Assembly: GCF_009914755.1 (NCBI RefSeq)
Contig: NC_060927.1
Source of the DNA: the human T2T-CHM13v2.0 reference genome, Homo sapiens
DNA: 64,000 bases
Reading direction: 5' to 3' (one strand)
Shown here one piece after another: positions 39,770-53,105 of the stretch (position 1 is the first letter of the stretch; the number at the start of each line of letters is the position of its first letter). The notes beneath the pieces are model-generated. The model was not told where the DNA came from, searched no databases, and worked only from the letters and a program-made list of their open reading frames with translations. Made by a program: the position numbers and the translations under genes.

Positions 39770-40420
39770 AATCTAACAAAATGAAGTTTTAGAAGGGTAA
39801 ATATGAAGAAACACAAAAGCAGAAGTCAAAGGCTGCATTAAAAAACAATTGGTACAAAAATACAAGGGACTTTTTGCTGACTGAGAGTTCACTGTGTCAA
39901 TCATGTGGTAAAACAATCATCAAAGCGGCAAACACCATCACGGGTCTTATGAGAAATAAAGTGTCTGGACAGCCCTGCTCTGCCCTGAGCTGCTCAGACC
40001 TTCCTAGAGTATTCCGACTGGTTCTGAATAGTAACTTCTGTAGGTCAGAGAAGACCTGAAGCATGACCCAGGCAGGGCGACTGATATGGGGACAGAAACA
40101 CAAAGCCAAATTCCAGGAGGACGATGGAAGGAACCTGGGACATCTGCCCATAGGCAGGAAGGACCAGTGGATGGTCACGATTTCTGCCTTCAAGCAACTG
40201 ACAGGTTTCCATGTGACAGGTTTGATCTGTTTGGCCCTCTAGGGATGATCAGGACCTGTGAGTGAAAACACTACAAGATTCCATTTCGGCATTCGGGAGA
40301 ATTTTCTATTGATCACGGATGTTCCCACATGGAATGAGCTATCGTGAGAGGTAAGGAGCGTTCTTTATTGAGGGACATCTAGCAGAGGCGTACAGCTGTT
40401 GTAGAGGATGATAAAAGGGC
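39770..40420 (+). mobile_element. L3/CR1 LINE 3' fragment
   Basis: Degenerate CR1 RT end (CTCTGCCCTG...CCTAGAGTATT; TTCAAG...TTTGATCTGTT; ATGGAATGAGCT). Confidence 0.7.
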
Positions 40421-40429
40421 TGGAAAAGA

Positions 40430-40990
40430 GAGTCCAGTGGCCATCTCCTGTTTTATTTCTCCCTTCTTCTTGTAAAGGCACCCCTACTTTTCTTGGGGAA
40501 CCACCCCTCACCCATTCTCAGTCCCATGGGTCAGGTGGAACTGAGTGTGCATCTGGCTTCAGGGATGGGTATGTGTCCCGGCCTGGCGAGGCAGAGCCCT
40601 GCAGCGCCCCAGCCACAGACGCAGCACCCGGTGTGCTCACGTGACCCGTGCTGGACCAATCACAGACCAAAATATCCCATTCTGGGAAAAGGGACTTGAA
40701 GCAGAGAGGATGTAGGTCTGGAGATGCCAGGGGCCCTCTGGTTATCACATGGCCAGCGGGTGGGGCTGACTGTAAAAGAGCCCCTCGCCTCCCCACAAAA
40801 AACGGGAAACAGAGAAAACTGGAGCAGAGCTGCCGAAAGAGTTGCAGAAAGACAGAGTTCTAGTAACATCCTTTGTTCCTCTGAAGCCCCGCATGCCCGA
40901 AGCCAGGCTTATAACTAGTAAGGTCCCTTTTTCTCTTAAAGAGGGGCAAGCTGCATTTCTGCTGTCTGCCACCATAAGAGTCCTGATCAC
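40430..40990 (+). mobile_element. Old MLT1 (K/L-like) LTR
   Basis: GGGAACCACCCCTCACCCATTCTCAG...TTTCTGCTGTCTGCCACCATAAGAGTCCTGA. Confidence 0.6.
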
Positions 40991-42539
40991 TAACGATGGC
41001 CTCCTGGATCTCATTCAGTTTAATTTTGCTAGGGCTGATCCACATCTCACACTTAAAGCAAGGGCCACGTGCAGGGGCTTCTGGAATTTGAAGTGCTGCC
41101 TCTAGTCATAAGAACAGACTCCACTGCAAAAGGGGAAATGGAGAATCACGAAAAGGTAAGTTATTAAGTCAAACCACCTCCCGCATCAGTGAGAAGCTGG
41201 CAGGCAGGGCAGCTGCCCAGGCCCAAGCCAGAAGATAGGCACAGGACAGACACCTGGCCTAGAAGCCGCTCCCATCTCCCGCAGCCTCACTGCCAGACTG
41301 TGGCTTGGTAGAGCCCTAGGACCCCAGCTCAGACATGGGGAGTGGTTTCTATTCTTAGGGATCACTGGCAAGCTACCATTTAATAAGCACCTACTGGATA
41401 CCAGGCCTGGGCTGGACACTTGGCTCACCTCTGCATATTAAAGCGGCCCCCTGTGAAGTTGGCATTGTTACCAGCTCCATTTCCCAGATGACAAAACTGA
41501 GACTCAGAGAGACTTGCCCAGGGTGCAGTGATAGGCAGTTCTGAGACAAACTCCAAAAGCCCAGCCACTCCGCCTCCTGCTGGTAATGACAAGGGGCCCA
41601 AAGCAACCAAGTCTGGGTTCTCCTTGCAGCCTCCCAACGCTTTACTTCCTCACCTGTAAAATGAGGTGAGTGAGGATCCCCAGTCTGACCAGAGAGCAGC
41701 CTCCATAGTTGCTTTGAGGTCTGCGGGAACTATTATTATGTAAAGAGTGCCGGCCTCCATTCCGAAATTAGGTGTAACTGATGCAACACAAAGGGGCCGT
41801 GCTGTGCAAAGTCAGCCAGCCAGGCTCCGTCCGCGCCTCTCTCCAAAGCCCCTGTGGGCTGGGTTGTTTCCTTTGTTCCACAGGCACAGGCCTGGTAACA
41901 AGGCAGCCAGGAGCTCAGCTGTAGACATTTTTTTCATTATTTTCCACCCTGTTAACCTCCATCACAAGTCAGGCTGCTGTCAGCCTAAATGAGAACTGAA
42001 AAGATTTATCTCACTTGTCCCAGGGCTCAGCTCAGGAAAAAAGACCCTTCATTTCCTAAAGGCCTTGATGACCCTTTCTCTGTGAGTCACTCCCACCAAG
42101 GAAAAAAGATGTGACAGCAGCAGCAGGCGGGGGCTGGGAATGGGACCAACAGTCCAAACTTGCAGACGTCTGGATCACTTCAGTTTGGCTTTGCAAAGCA
42201 CTGTGTAATTTTTTTTTCTTTGCACCGTATTTACCTTCCTAATTGTGTTTGCTTATGCAATATGAAACTTAGCCCACATTTCATAAACACAACCCCAGAA
42301 GGAGACCAGAAGCATATTGTGTGGCAGGAGAAAATTAGCCTGCGATTACACTTTTGCTATAGAAGTAATCCTCAAAGTGGACAATCCAAACACAGACCAT
42401 GGAGAGATGATTATATTTTCAATCAACTTGTCCCCTTCTTTGTGCTTCTAGCAATCTCAGATCACCAAACCCCTGAAACTGGCACCTGGCAAGAAGAGAT
42501 GAGCTAGATTCTTTTGGTAATAATAGTCTCTTAAATTCG

Positions 42540-42810
42540 CATAATAATAGTCAGCTTTCATGAGCACCTACTAAGTGCCAAGTGATGCTCTCCATGCTGT
42601 ACACAGGAACAACAAGCCTGTTAATCCTTCCATCTGCCCATGGGTATTTATCTCCATCACCATTTCACAAATGAGGAAACTGAGGCACAGAGCATTGAAG
42701 TAACAAGCCCGAAGATACACAGCTAATAAATCATGGAACCAGGATTATGAACCCAAGAATTTAAGAATTCTGGACCCAGAGGCCACATCCCAAACCACTT
42801 TGCAATAATG
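42540..42810 (-). mobile_element. MIR SINE
   Basis: ATGAGGAAACTGAGGCACAGAG core. Confidence 0.85.
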
Positions 42811-43049
42811 CCACTCTCCCCGCACACCATTTGTTTAACGCTCACCCTCCTGGGAAGTAGCTGATCTTAACCCTGCAGGATAGACAAAGAGGATGAGTTT
42901 CACAGAGGCTAAATAACTTACCCATTTTACAGACAAGGAAACTGAAATTCACAAAAGTGAGTTTAGTTCTACAAACATTTGCACAGCACCTTGTACATGC
43001 CAGGCACTGTGCAAGGAACGTGGGATACAGAGACCTCAGTGCTCCTTCC

Positions 43050-43630
43050 ACACTCAGCTTCTGTATGTTTATATGGGTAAAACCTTTCTGAAGGCAATAA
43101 GGTACACTGTCAAAAGCATTAAAAATGAGCATACTTTTGACTCTAAAATTCCCACTGCAGAAACTGATCCTAAGAAAGTAACAGCGAATGTGACAAAGAA
43201 GCTCACGGCAGTGTTATTTATAAGAGTAAAATAACAGAAATAAACTAAGTGCTCAACAATAAGAGATTAAATAGAGTACATCTATATAATGAAATACTGT
43301 GTAATCATTCAAAATGTTATAGAAATATACTATTGATGTGGGAAAATGTAATAGAGTGTTACGTAATTTGTTAGGTGACATAAGCAGGTAGTAAAATCAT
43401 ATATGCATTATGATCTGATTTAGAAAAAATGCATGTGTACACTAGAAAATATACAAATTTAAGCACTCTCAGAAAATGCATTTGCGTTTGTACACGAGAA
43501 ATTCCTAGGATATCAAAGTGATTATCTCCAAACAATGCCATTTCAGGTGATTTTAATTTTTGTGTGTGTGCTCATCGTCATTCTTTAAAATTTTCTACAA
43601 TGAATATGTACTACTTACCTAGCCATGCAA
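43050..43630 (+). mobile_element. Old L1ME-like 3' fragment
   Basis: CCTTTCTGAAGGCAAT...TTTGACTCTAAAATTCCCACT...AATTTTCTACAATGAATATGTA. Confidence 0.7.
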
Positions 43631-43873
43631 AGGTTTTCATTTTTGTGGCAGTGGTTGCTAAAGTGGCTAAGACTACACACTCTTTAAAAGGCACATCCAG
43701 GGTTCAAATGGGCTGGGGTCCCAAGTCCAGCCCTCAGCCACTTGCATCCTTCAATGCACCTGCCCCTCCTGGTCCCTTGTCTCCAAACCACATCCCACCC
43801 TGGCTGGTATACTGTTACCATGGGCCAGCTTGGGGCAAAGACCTGGGACACGTAGAGCAGCCCACTTGCCTAC

Positions 43874-44036
43874 CTTTTTGAAGAGTCTGATGACATCCTC
43901 ACTGATCTGGGAGAGGCGGACGATGACATTGTTCATGAAGATGTCATTGAGGGTGGCATGGTCTCGGCTCTCCCGCCGGGTCTGATGCAGAACCAGATAC
44001 CAACAGTTCACAGGCGAGAGGAGGTACTGGTCCTTC
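43874..44036 (-). CDS. SRGAP3: SRGAP3 coding exon (probably exon 3), 163 nt
   Basis: Acceptor TTTCCACAG|G completes the split Lys codon; KDQYLLSPVNCWYLVLHQTRRESRDHATLNDIFMNNVIVRLSQISEDVIRLFKK; donor AAG|GTAGGC. Confidence 0.96.
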
Positions 44037-44697
44037 CTGTGGAAACCAAGAAAGCTCAGGTTGGCTACATTGGAACTGTCATCCAACAGTGGTTTATGCT
44101 GTCACCCACTTCAGCTCTTTTAACCTCCACGGTGCCCCTTCAAGGTCAGTCTTGTTGTTACACCTTATACAGTTGGGGAAACAGGCTACAACAGCTGAAG
44201 GGATCCTCCAAGGTCACAGACCAGCACTGGGGCCAGAACCCAGGTCTTTGACGCCTATGCGGTTCTACTCTAGCACTGAATGTGGTGCTTGCTCCAGGTA
44301 CCTCTACCTTCTGGGAAGAAGCTACCTCCCCTGGGGCTAAGAAATACTAAACCAATTGTTTTTTAAATATTATACTTGTATGATTTCTGGAACTATGCAA
44401 TAGAAAGAACAAAAAGTAGATACTTCCACTCCCCCATTCTGCCTGCCTCAACCCCTGTAATTTTCTTGGGCTCTTAACTTCTTTGTTCTTCCCCAGGGAT
44501 TGGCTTCTGTCTCTTGGCCTCTTGGAAACACATGCCTTTGCCCCTCCACAGAGCTGTTGGGAAAGGGGCTAGGAGGGCTCAGATTCTGTGTTCAGGAGGA
44601 AGGGTTAAGGAAAATGCAAGTACCTACAAGACAAATAACCCTTTGTCCTGCAATGACTGATAGGTTATTAGCACTCTCTAGCTGGGTATGATGCTGA

Positions 44698-44886
44698 AGC
44701 AGGGGTTCTTAAAGTGTGCTCCCAGACCAGCAGCAAGAGCATGACCTGGGGACTGGTTAGAAATGCAGACTCTCCAGTCCCACTCCAGACCTGCTGAGTC
44801 ACACACTCTGGGGGTGGGCCTGCAATCTGGGCTTTACCAAGCCCTCCAGGGGATTCGGATACTCACTCAAGTCTGAGAACCACAGA
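44698..44886. mobile_element. MER5A hAT MITE
   Basis: CAGGGGTTCTTAAAGTGTG...TGAGAACCACAG. Confidence 0.85.
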
Positions 44887-44955
44887 TCCTTATACTATTG
44901 TTTCCCAAAGCTCAGGATGCTAATGAGACCAGAGAAAATCTGTCTCTTGGCTCTG

Positions 44956-45318
44956 CAGATGCTCCTCAACTTACTACAGGGCTACATCCCAATAAACCCC
45001 TCACAAGTTGAAGATATCCTAAGTTGAAAATGCATTTAGTAAGCCCAAACTACGGAACGTCATAGTTTAGCCTACCCTACCTTAAACGTGCTCAGAACAC
45101 ATTAGCCTACGGATGGGCAAAATCATTGCACACAAAGCCTATTTTCTAATAAACTGTTGAATATCTCATGTAATTAGTTGAATGCTATCCTGAAAGTGAA
45201 AAACAGAATGGTTTTATGTGTACTTGAAATACGGTTTATACTGAATGTGTATCACTTTCACAACACTGTAAATTCTCAAAATTATAAGTCAACCCATAGT
45301 TAAATTAAGGACCATCTG
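44956..45318 (+). mobile_element. Tigger3a-like (TcMar-Tigger) MITE
   Basis: Terminal inverted repeats CAGATGCTCCTCAACTTA / TAAATTAAGGACCATCTG followed by TA. Confidence 0.85.
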
Positions 45319-45693
45319 TATTTGCCAAAGACCCCTCTGTGAGCCTCAGGAAAGGGTGGATACACCCTGTTATCCAGGAAGGAAGAGAAAGGTCAATTCA
45401 AAAGCAAAACCAAACCAATAACCCTTTCCTGCCACGCAGGGCACCTATGCTAAAGCTCTTGCCCTCTGACCCAGGGTATCTCCCTGACTCCTTTCCAGTG
45501 TGGAGAGAGATGTTGGAAAGGCAGGATGTGAGGGGAGAGGCCCTTCCACCACCTGAGGTGGCAGCTCCAGGGTTCCCCCAGGCCTGCCTTGTCCCACCCC
45601 TGTCCTGAGTGTGGACCACCTCCAGGAGCTGGCCAAGGTTCTGTTCTTAGAAAACACAGCCTCCCACTATTAGCGTTTTTTGAGGAAGGCAAT

Positions 45694-46027
45694 TGATATA
45701 GTTTGGTTTTGTCCCCACCCAAATCTCAACTTGAATTGTATCTCCCAGAATTCCCACATGTTGTGGGAATGGTCTTGGGGGCCAGTCTTTCCCGTGCTAT
45801 TCTCGTGATAGTGAATACGTTTCATAAGATCTGATGGGCTTATCAGGGGTTTCTGCTTTTGCTTCCTCCTCATTTTCTCTTGCCACCACCATATAAGAAG
45901 TGCCTTTCACCTCCCACCATGATTCTGAGGCTTCCCTAGCCATGTGGGACAGTGAGTCCAATTAAACTTCTTTTTCTTCCCACTCTTGGGTATGTGTTTA
46001 TCAGCAGTGTGAAAATGGACTAATACA
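45694..46027 (+). mobile_element. THE1A-like MaLR solo LTR
   Basis: TGATATAGTTTGG...GGACTAATACA; 5-bp TSD GCAAT on both sides. Confidence 0.92.
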
Positions 46028-46781
46028 GCAATTCTGCTGACTCCCACTATGACCACATCCACCTCCCCAAAGCCAAGCAGAAGGACCCCTGAACTGCTGT
46101 CCCCACCCCACCCCCACCACCCCACCTCTCCCTATCTCCTGGGGCTTGGGAAGGTAGGTGGGGCAGGGCTACCTTGACTTCAAGGAATTTTTCTTTCTCT
46201 CACCAAATGTGCTAAAAATCTATCTAGGCAGCAGAAATTTGTGAGAAGATAATTAGATTTAGATAAAGGATGGGAACTATCTAAGGAAAAGGGAGGATGA
46301 TGAAGCATTTACAACACTGCTGTGAAACAACCAGATTTCTCCTTGGCTTATAGCCTAGAGTAAAAGCCAGGACACTACAATTAGACCCCAACTAGAATCC
46401 CTCAGCATCTACTGTGTCAGGTCTTGGGTGGGTTCTGGGCACCCAAAGGTGGCCGTGATGCACACTCTGCCTTGGAGGGGCTCACTGCTGAGTGGCTGCA
46501 TCAGAAAAAAAGAATTAGAGAGGAAGGTGGTTCCAGTCTATAACAGAGACATACGCAGAGCATCAGTTCTGCTGGAGAAGCTGCAGAAGGCATCGTTCTC
46601 CTCCAGTGCGTTCTGGGTACCAGGCACGCGGCCTCTTCTATTCCCACTGGGGCCTGGACGCTTTTCCCTCTGCCTGGAATACCACAGTCCCTGCTCTTCT
46701 CATGAATGCCTGTTTCTATTACTGTAGGTTCAGCTTAGATGATACCTCCCTAGAGAACACCCCGTTGACCACACGCTAAGG

Positions 46782-46965
46782 CAGTGGTTCTCAGTGTGGC
46801 CCCTGAACCAGCAGCAGCAGCATCACTTAGGAACTTGAAAATACAAGTTCTCAGGGCAGCCCCAGACTACGTGTACTCAGAAGCCCTAGGGCTGGGCCCA
46901 GAATCTGTGTTTTAACAAACTCTCAAGGTGATTTGGATGCATACTCAAGTTACAGAACTTCTACC
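46782..46965. mobile_element. MER5A hAT MITE
   Basis: CAGTGGTTCTCAGTGTGG...CAGCAGCAGCAGCATCAC...GTGTTTTAACAA. Confidence 0.8.
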
Positions 46966-47498
46966 TTAAGGAGTTTCCATCCCTCCCCCTCACCCTACTG
47001 TGAGCTCTTTGAGAGCAGGGATCACTTCTATTGTGTCATCACGTCCAGCACCCAGCAATGTGCCTGCCATGTAGCAGATGCTATGGAAGAGAGACCCATG
47101 AAAAAAGACTGCATTTGTGCTGGGTCTTGAAGGATGGGTAGGAGTTTTCCAAATGGTCAGAAGTCAGAGAGAGGATGGAATTGTGGGTAGAAGGACCAGT
47201 GGGTACAAATATAGTGAAGTAGCTCAGAAGAGCTGGAATTCTGAGTGTGTTAGTGGAGGACTGTAGGACATGAGGCTGGGGATACAGATTAAAGGCCCAA
47301 TGTTGGGGGAGACTGCCAGACTAAGGGGGTGGGACCCCTTATCTTCTAGACCACATAGTTCTCAACCTGTCCTGTACACTAGAATCAACTGGGGAGCTTT
47401 TAAAAAAACACCAAGACCCAGGACCCATCCAAGACAAAATCAGAATCTCTGGGGGTAGCGCGTGGTACTCATATTTTTATACTCTCTAGAAGATTCTA

Positions 47499-47831
<333 letters not shown>

Positions 47832-48899
47832 CTATGGGCAGTGGGGAGTCATGGAAGTTATTTCAGCAGAGGTAGGATATAACCAACATGTGTTTTGGCA
47901 TGATCATGGAAGGCAGATTGGAGGATGAAGGGATGGATGGGTAGGTGGGTGGGTGGATGAGCAGGGATATGGGGCTTTTGGTAAGAGGACCAGGCAGGAG
48001 GTAATCTTAGTTCAAAAGAGAAATAGTGAGGCCTGGGTGTGGTCTTGTAGCCAGCGAAGGATGGACTTGAGAGATTTCTCAACAGGAGAGCAGATCCTCT
48101 TGGAAACTTCCTGGAAAACAGCAGAAAGAGGAGGAAGGAGCAGACAGTGATTCCGAGGCTCAGATCTTAGGCGACTGGGTAGATGCTGATGACATGAACT
48201 GAGATAAGAACTGCAAGGGGAGCAGTAGGTTTGGACAGAAAATGCATTGCTTATCTCATTTTCACTGCTTCCTAGGTGGTGATGGAAATGGAAAGATTAA
48301 AGGAGAGATGAGATAATTGAGCTGTTACCTAAATTACTTCAGGGGCTTAGCTGAACCTGGGAGGCAAGAAGTGAACAGCACCAGGGAATTAAATTGTGCA
48401 AAATTATGGAAGCCACAGCCAGAAGGTGAGTTTCAGAGGGAAGGAAAAAGACAACTGATCTGGAACTGATGGGGAATTGCTGGGACAGTTTGGGGACCAT
48501 TAACTAGGTCATCTAGCCAGAGAGATGAGATGAGAGGAAGGGCAGAGAGCACAGCGCTGTCCTTATCAGAAGCTGCAAGCCAGGAGGCAGTGCGGTATAA
48601 GACAGAATTGCAGGAGGCAGAGCGAGCCAAGGCAAGGAGGAGGATGTTACCCGAAAGCAGCCAAAGACTCAAGTTGAAGTGAGCAGCTGCTGTGAAGATT
48701 CCTTCCAGCCCTCGTTCACTCCTTGCGTTTGTGTGTCTGTGCTGGGCAGGACTAGGTGCTGCGAGTGCAGGAGCAACCAAGGCTGCAAGACCCTGCCCTG
48801 CAAGTCTTCCACTTGAGTAAGGAGATTCACAAGGAACAGAAAGTGATGAGGCAGCCTCATCAGTGCAGTCACGGGAAGGAGGCTATGGAGCAGAGAGGA

Positions 48900-49700
48900 G
48901 CCTCCTTCCCCAGATCTGGTGGTGAGGTTGGTCATGCATGGCTTCCTGGAGGAAACGCTTTCTAGACTGAGAACTAAAAGCCGGACTGGAGTTTCACAGG
49001 GAGGAGCCTTCAAAGGGGAGAAATGTGATGAGCAAAGGCCCAGGGAGGAGCAGGAGAGGGAGGAGCAGGTAGGGAGGGGGCCCAAGCATGGTGTTTTGGG
49101 GTAGGAGAGTGAGGACAGCAGGTGAACATGGAGACTGAGGCAGGGGCCACTTGGGAAAGGGCCTTTAACTCTCATTAGAGTTCAAGCTCCGTCCTGAGGT
49201 CAGCAGGCAGACCTTGAAGGGTTTACAGAAGGGGAGTGAAAGGGTAAAACTGCACTTTCAAACTCTCACTCTGGCTGCTGTACAGAGCCAGGGGCCGGGA
49301 GAGAAACTGAGGGATTCAAGAAAGGCTTAGGTAGGAAATTGACTGGACAGGGAGATTGACGGGATGGAGTTAGGGCTGGAAGTTGAGAGAGAGCAAAAGA
49401 TGTCCAGGATGACTCTCCAGTTTTTGGTTTGGGCACCTGGGGGAGTAGAAGGAGCCTCTGTGGAGATGAAGAGGAGCAGGTCAAGGGTGGGGCGGGGAGG
49501 GAGGATGATGAGTTCGAGTCGAACACGACGAGTCTAAAAGGCTGTGGGGCATCCAGATGGAGCTATCTGGGCTGGAGAGACAAACATGGAAGCCAGCAGC
49601 AAGGAGTTGGATGCTATTTAAAACCACAGAACAACAAGGAAGGCTTTACAAATGCTGTGGCCACATGGCAGAAGAGGTCAATCCCCGGGAAGCATGGCAA
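48900..49700 (-). mobile_element. L2 LINE fragment
   Basis: CACTCTGGCTGCTG, GGATGACTCTCCAGTTTTTGGTTTGGGCACCTGG antisense L2 motifs. Confidence 0.7.
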
Positions 49701-50249
49701 GGCTGTGGCCGGAGGGCTGGGGCAGGGCCAAGCCGCGGTGGCGCCTCCCCTCCTGCTTCCCTAAAAGAGGGCAAGATGGGGCAATGTGCAGCCTGGCCTC
49801 CTCTGAGATGCTGTCCCAGGCCTGCCGTCCGATCAGCGGCCCATTCTCTAGGTCCATCCCAGCATGGGAAACTGCTGGGTCTGTACCCCCACCTTCTCCC
49901 AGCCCTGGCTCCCTCCTGTGGGGCAGGTCATTTGTAGTCTAAAAGGCTGGGGTGAACTGTCCACAGCCAGGGTCAAGAGCTGCTCTGTAGAAAGCTAGCA
50001 TGTGTGGCCTTGGCCACAATGGTACCAGGCAGGCTCTACCACATCTGAAAGAAGAAGGCCCACAGGTGGGACTCAGCACAGCAGTAGAGAACAGAAAGCC
50101 ACCTGGACGTGGGCATGGGTGTTCACCGGCGTCTGCCATGCTAGCTGTGGACTCCGGGCAGGCCACCTATTCCCTGTAGCCTGGCCACTCACACCATGGA
50201 GTCACTCTGGGCTTAAATGCCAGAAGAGAGCTCTGCAGTCATTCTTCAG

Positions 50250-50760
50250 CAGTTCATGCATTCCATACATTTTTGTTGAATATTTTGTATAGATCAGACC
50301 CCAGGGACACAACCTTGAGCCCAACAGACACAGTTCCTGCCTTCATGGAGCAGACAGTCTGGTGAAGAGACAGACACCTACCATGAGCCCACGAATGTGG
50401 GTAGAGTTAGAAGTGCAGAATGTGCTGGAACAGAGGGGAGCCTGTGCCATGAGTGCCTGTAATAAGGGGGCTGGCCTGATTTGTGGGTCACTAAAGTGTC
50501 CCCAAGGAAGAGGTCATTAAGCTGTGCTCCAAAGGAAGAGTTGGAGGGCGCTAGTGAAAGGGGCTGGGCAGGTGGGCTGGCGGGAGAAGGCTCTAGGCAG
50601 AGGGAACAGAATGGGCAAAGGCGCCTCAGGGCGGAGAGCCTGGTGCATTTAAGGAACTAAGTAAAGAACAGCCTGGCTGGAGTGGGAGGCAAGGCAGAGG
50701 AGGAAGAGGGTGAAGAGTGAGGCTGGAGGGGCCTGCAGGGTCTCACACACTCCATCCTGC
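50250..50760 (-). mobile_element. L2 LINE fragment
   Basis: ACAGACACAGTTCCTGCCTTCATGGAGC, AGGCAGAGGGAACAG motifs. Confidence 0.7.
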
Positions 50761-52340
50761 CCCCATCTGGCTCACAATGGGACTGCAGGAGGGAGGAAGC
50801 ACGAGGGCCGCAGACCGCAGAGCCAGACGCCAGGCTGCAGAAAACTTGAGCCTCTGCCTTCCCTGTTCCTGGGGTTGTTTGCCCCTTTGGAAAGTGGAAC
50901 CCCTTTGACCTGAGATCCAGCTCTCTGTGCCAGCAGCCACTTTTGTCTTCTGCAGCCTCATTTTTGGAAGACATCAGAATGAATGAGGGCCAGTGCCCTC
51001 GGCCAAGGCACTCAGAGTGACCCTTCCGCTTCTCCAATCTTTCATGCAAGCGTCGACCCAGCAAGCAGAAGCTGCTGAACTAAGACATCACGTTAGAAAT
51101 TTTGCATATGTATGTATCTATTTTCTTTTTTTATGGCCAGAAAATAGCAATGAACATTTCTGGTGAGTCACAGCTTTCTTTCTTTGGCTAGGGGATCTGG
51201 ATATGAGGTTCCAGGAGACTGCAGCTAGGGGAGCCAGGCCTTGCCAAGCTAGTGAGTTGGGAAAATGAAATTAGCAGTGAGCCAGTTTCTCCAGCTTCTC
51301 GGCTGAGGGCCGGAAAATTCCGCTTAGCAAACAAAACCCATTTCCAAGCTTGCAGAGTCCCATGTTCCAGATGAATCCAAAGCCACTGCCCTGGGATCAG
51401 GGTCCCTCTGGGAGGAAGGCAAGCTCCTGCTTGGGCTTCCTGCCCCGTTCCAGGACCTTCTCAGGCCTCACACTGGGCTTGCGTCCGAGAAATGCTAACT
51501 CAATCAGTTCTGTGGCCAGAAAGGTGCATTTAACCTCCTGCTACCTAAGCTGCCCCAAGCAGGATTCAGCATTCATTGCACTTGCTTGTAGCATGAATCA
51601 TTAATTCAGCCAATAGTAAGTGTGTGCCTGTTCTGTGCCAGGCAATGGTAAGCAAAATGAGCCACACTTCCCACTTCGTGGAGCTTACAGTCTAGTGGGG
51701 GTCTCAGATAACAATCAGATAATCACAAAAATCAATAGAAAATGGCAGCGGGAAGAAGGGCTCTGAAGGAGAAATACATGGAGCCTGGAGAGTCTTTAAC
51801 AGGGGGCTGCCCTCTCCTGGGGAAGGCGGAGGGGAGGGAGCATCGGGGGACCCTGGGGTCCTTCTCATCACTGAGACCTGAGCTGAGCTATTTCTCCTCC
51901 TGGATGCCTCCCTGGCCACCCACACACCCTATGTCACACTATGTCATTGTCATTACAGCACTCCACACCTGATGCTTGTTGTGTTCTTTTCCTTTTTGCT
52001 TCTGGTCTTTGTCCCCTCTCTAGCTTATGTCTGTCCTACTCATCAGTGCTTCTCTGGTGCCCAGGCCAACCTGGGCACACAGGCACTCTCAGAAAATATT
52101 TGTGAGTAGGTGAAAAGTGCCCCCTGAGCTCAGACTAGAAGGATGGGTAGGTTTTAACACAGCACAGTGATAAAGAAGAGCATTCCCAGAAATAAGCATG
52201 AAGCCCTCATGGGCACGGGCATCATCTAGAACTGACAGAAAGTGAGTGTGGCCAGAGGGCAGACAGGGACTGGATGAGGGTCAGACAAGACTGAACATGT
52301 AGCACAGCCAGGGCCCTGAAGGACAAGACGTGCATGGGGC

Positions 52341-52793
52341 TGCGTACTAGTTTTGTAGGTGCTGTCACACAGGACCATAGAGTGGCTCAGACAACAGGTA
52401 TGTGTTGTCTCACAGTCCTGGAGGCTGGAAGTCCGAGATCAAGGTGTCGGCAGGGTTGGTTCCTTCCAAGGACTGTGAAGGAGGATCTGTCCCAGGCCTC
52501 TCTCCTGGCTCCTGGTAGGTTGCTGGAGATCTTTGGTGTCCTTGGTGTAGACACAGCACCCCAATCTTTGCCTTCACCTTTCCAAGGCATTCTCCCTGTG
52601 TGTTGGTCTCTGTGCCCAAAGTTCCTTTTTTTGTAAAGATACACACCAGTCATGTCGGATTAGGGCCCTTCCCAATGACCTCATTTTTATCTGATTACTT
52701 CTATAAAGACCCTGTTTCCAAATAAGGTCACATTTTGAGGTACTGGAGTTTAGGACATCAGCATAGGAATTTTGAGGGGACACAGTTCCACCC
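52341..52793 (-). mobile_element. MLT1C-like MaLR LTR
   Basis: TCTCACAGTCCTGGAGGCTGGAAGTCCGAGATCAAGGTGTCGGCAGGG...CCAAATAAGGTCACATT. Confidence 0.85.
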
Positions 52794-53105
52794 TGATATG
52801 GTTTGGCTGTGTCCCCACCCAAATCTCATCTTGAATTGTAGTATAATCCCCACGTGTCATGGGTGGGACCAGGTGGAGATAACTGAATCATGGGGGACGG
52901 TTCCCCCATGCTGTTCTCATGATAGTGAATGAGTTCTCACAAGATCTGATGGTTTTATAAGGGGGTTCCCCCTTCACTGGGCACTCTTTCTCTCCCCTGC
53001 TGCCCTGTGAAGAGGTGCCTCCCATCATGATTGTAAGTTTCCTGAGGCCTCCCCAGCCATGCGAAATTGTGAGTCCATTAAACCCCTTTTCTTTATAAAT
53101 TACTT
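52794..53105 (+). mobile_element. THE1 (B/C-like) LTR, 3' end missing
   Basis: TGATATGGTTTGGCTGTGTCCCCACCCAAATCTCATCTTGAATTGTAG...TTTATAAATTAC. Confidence 0.88.
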
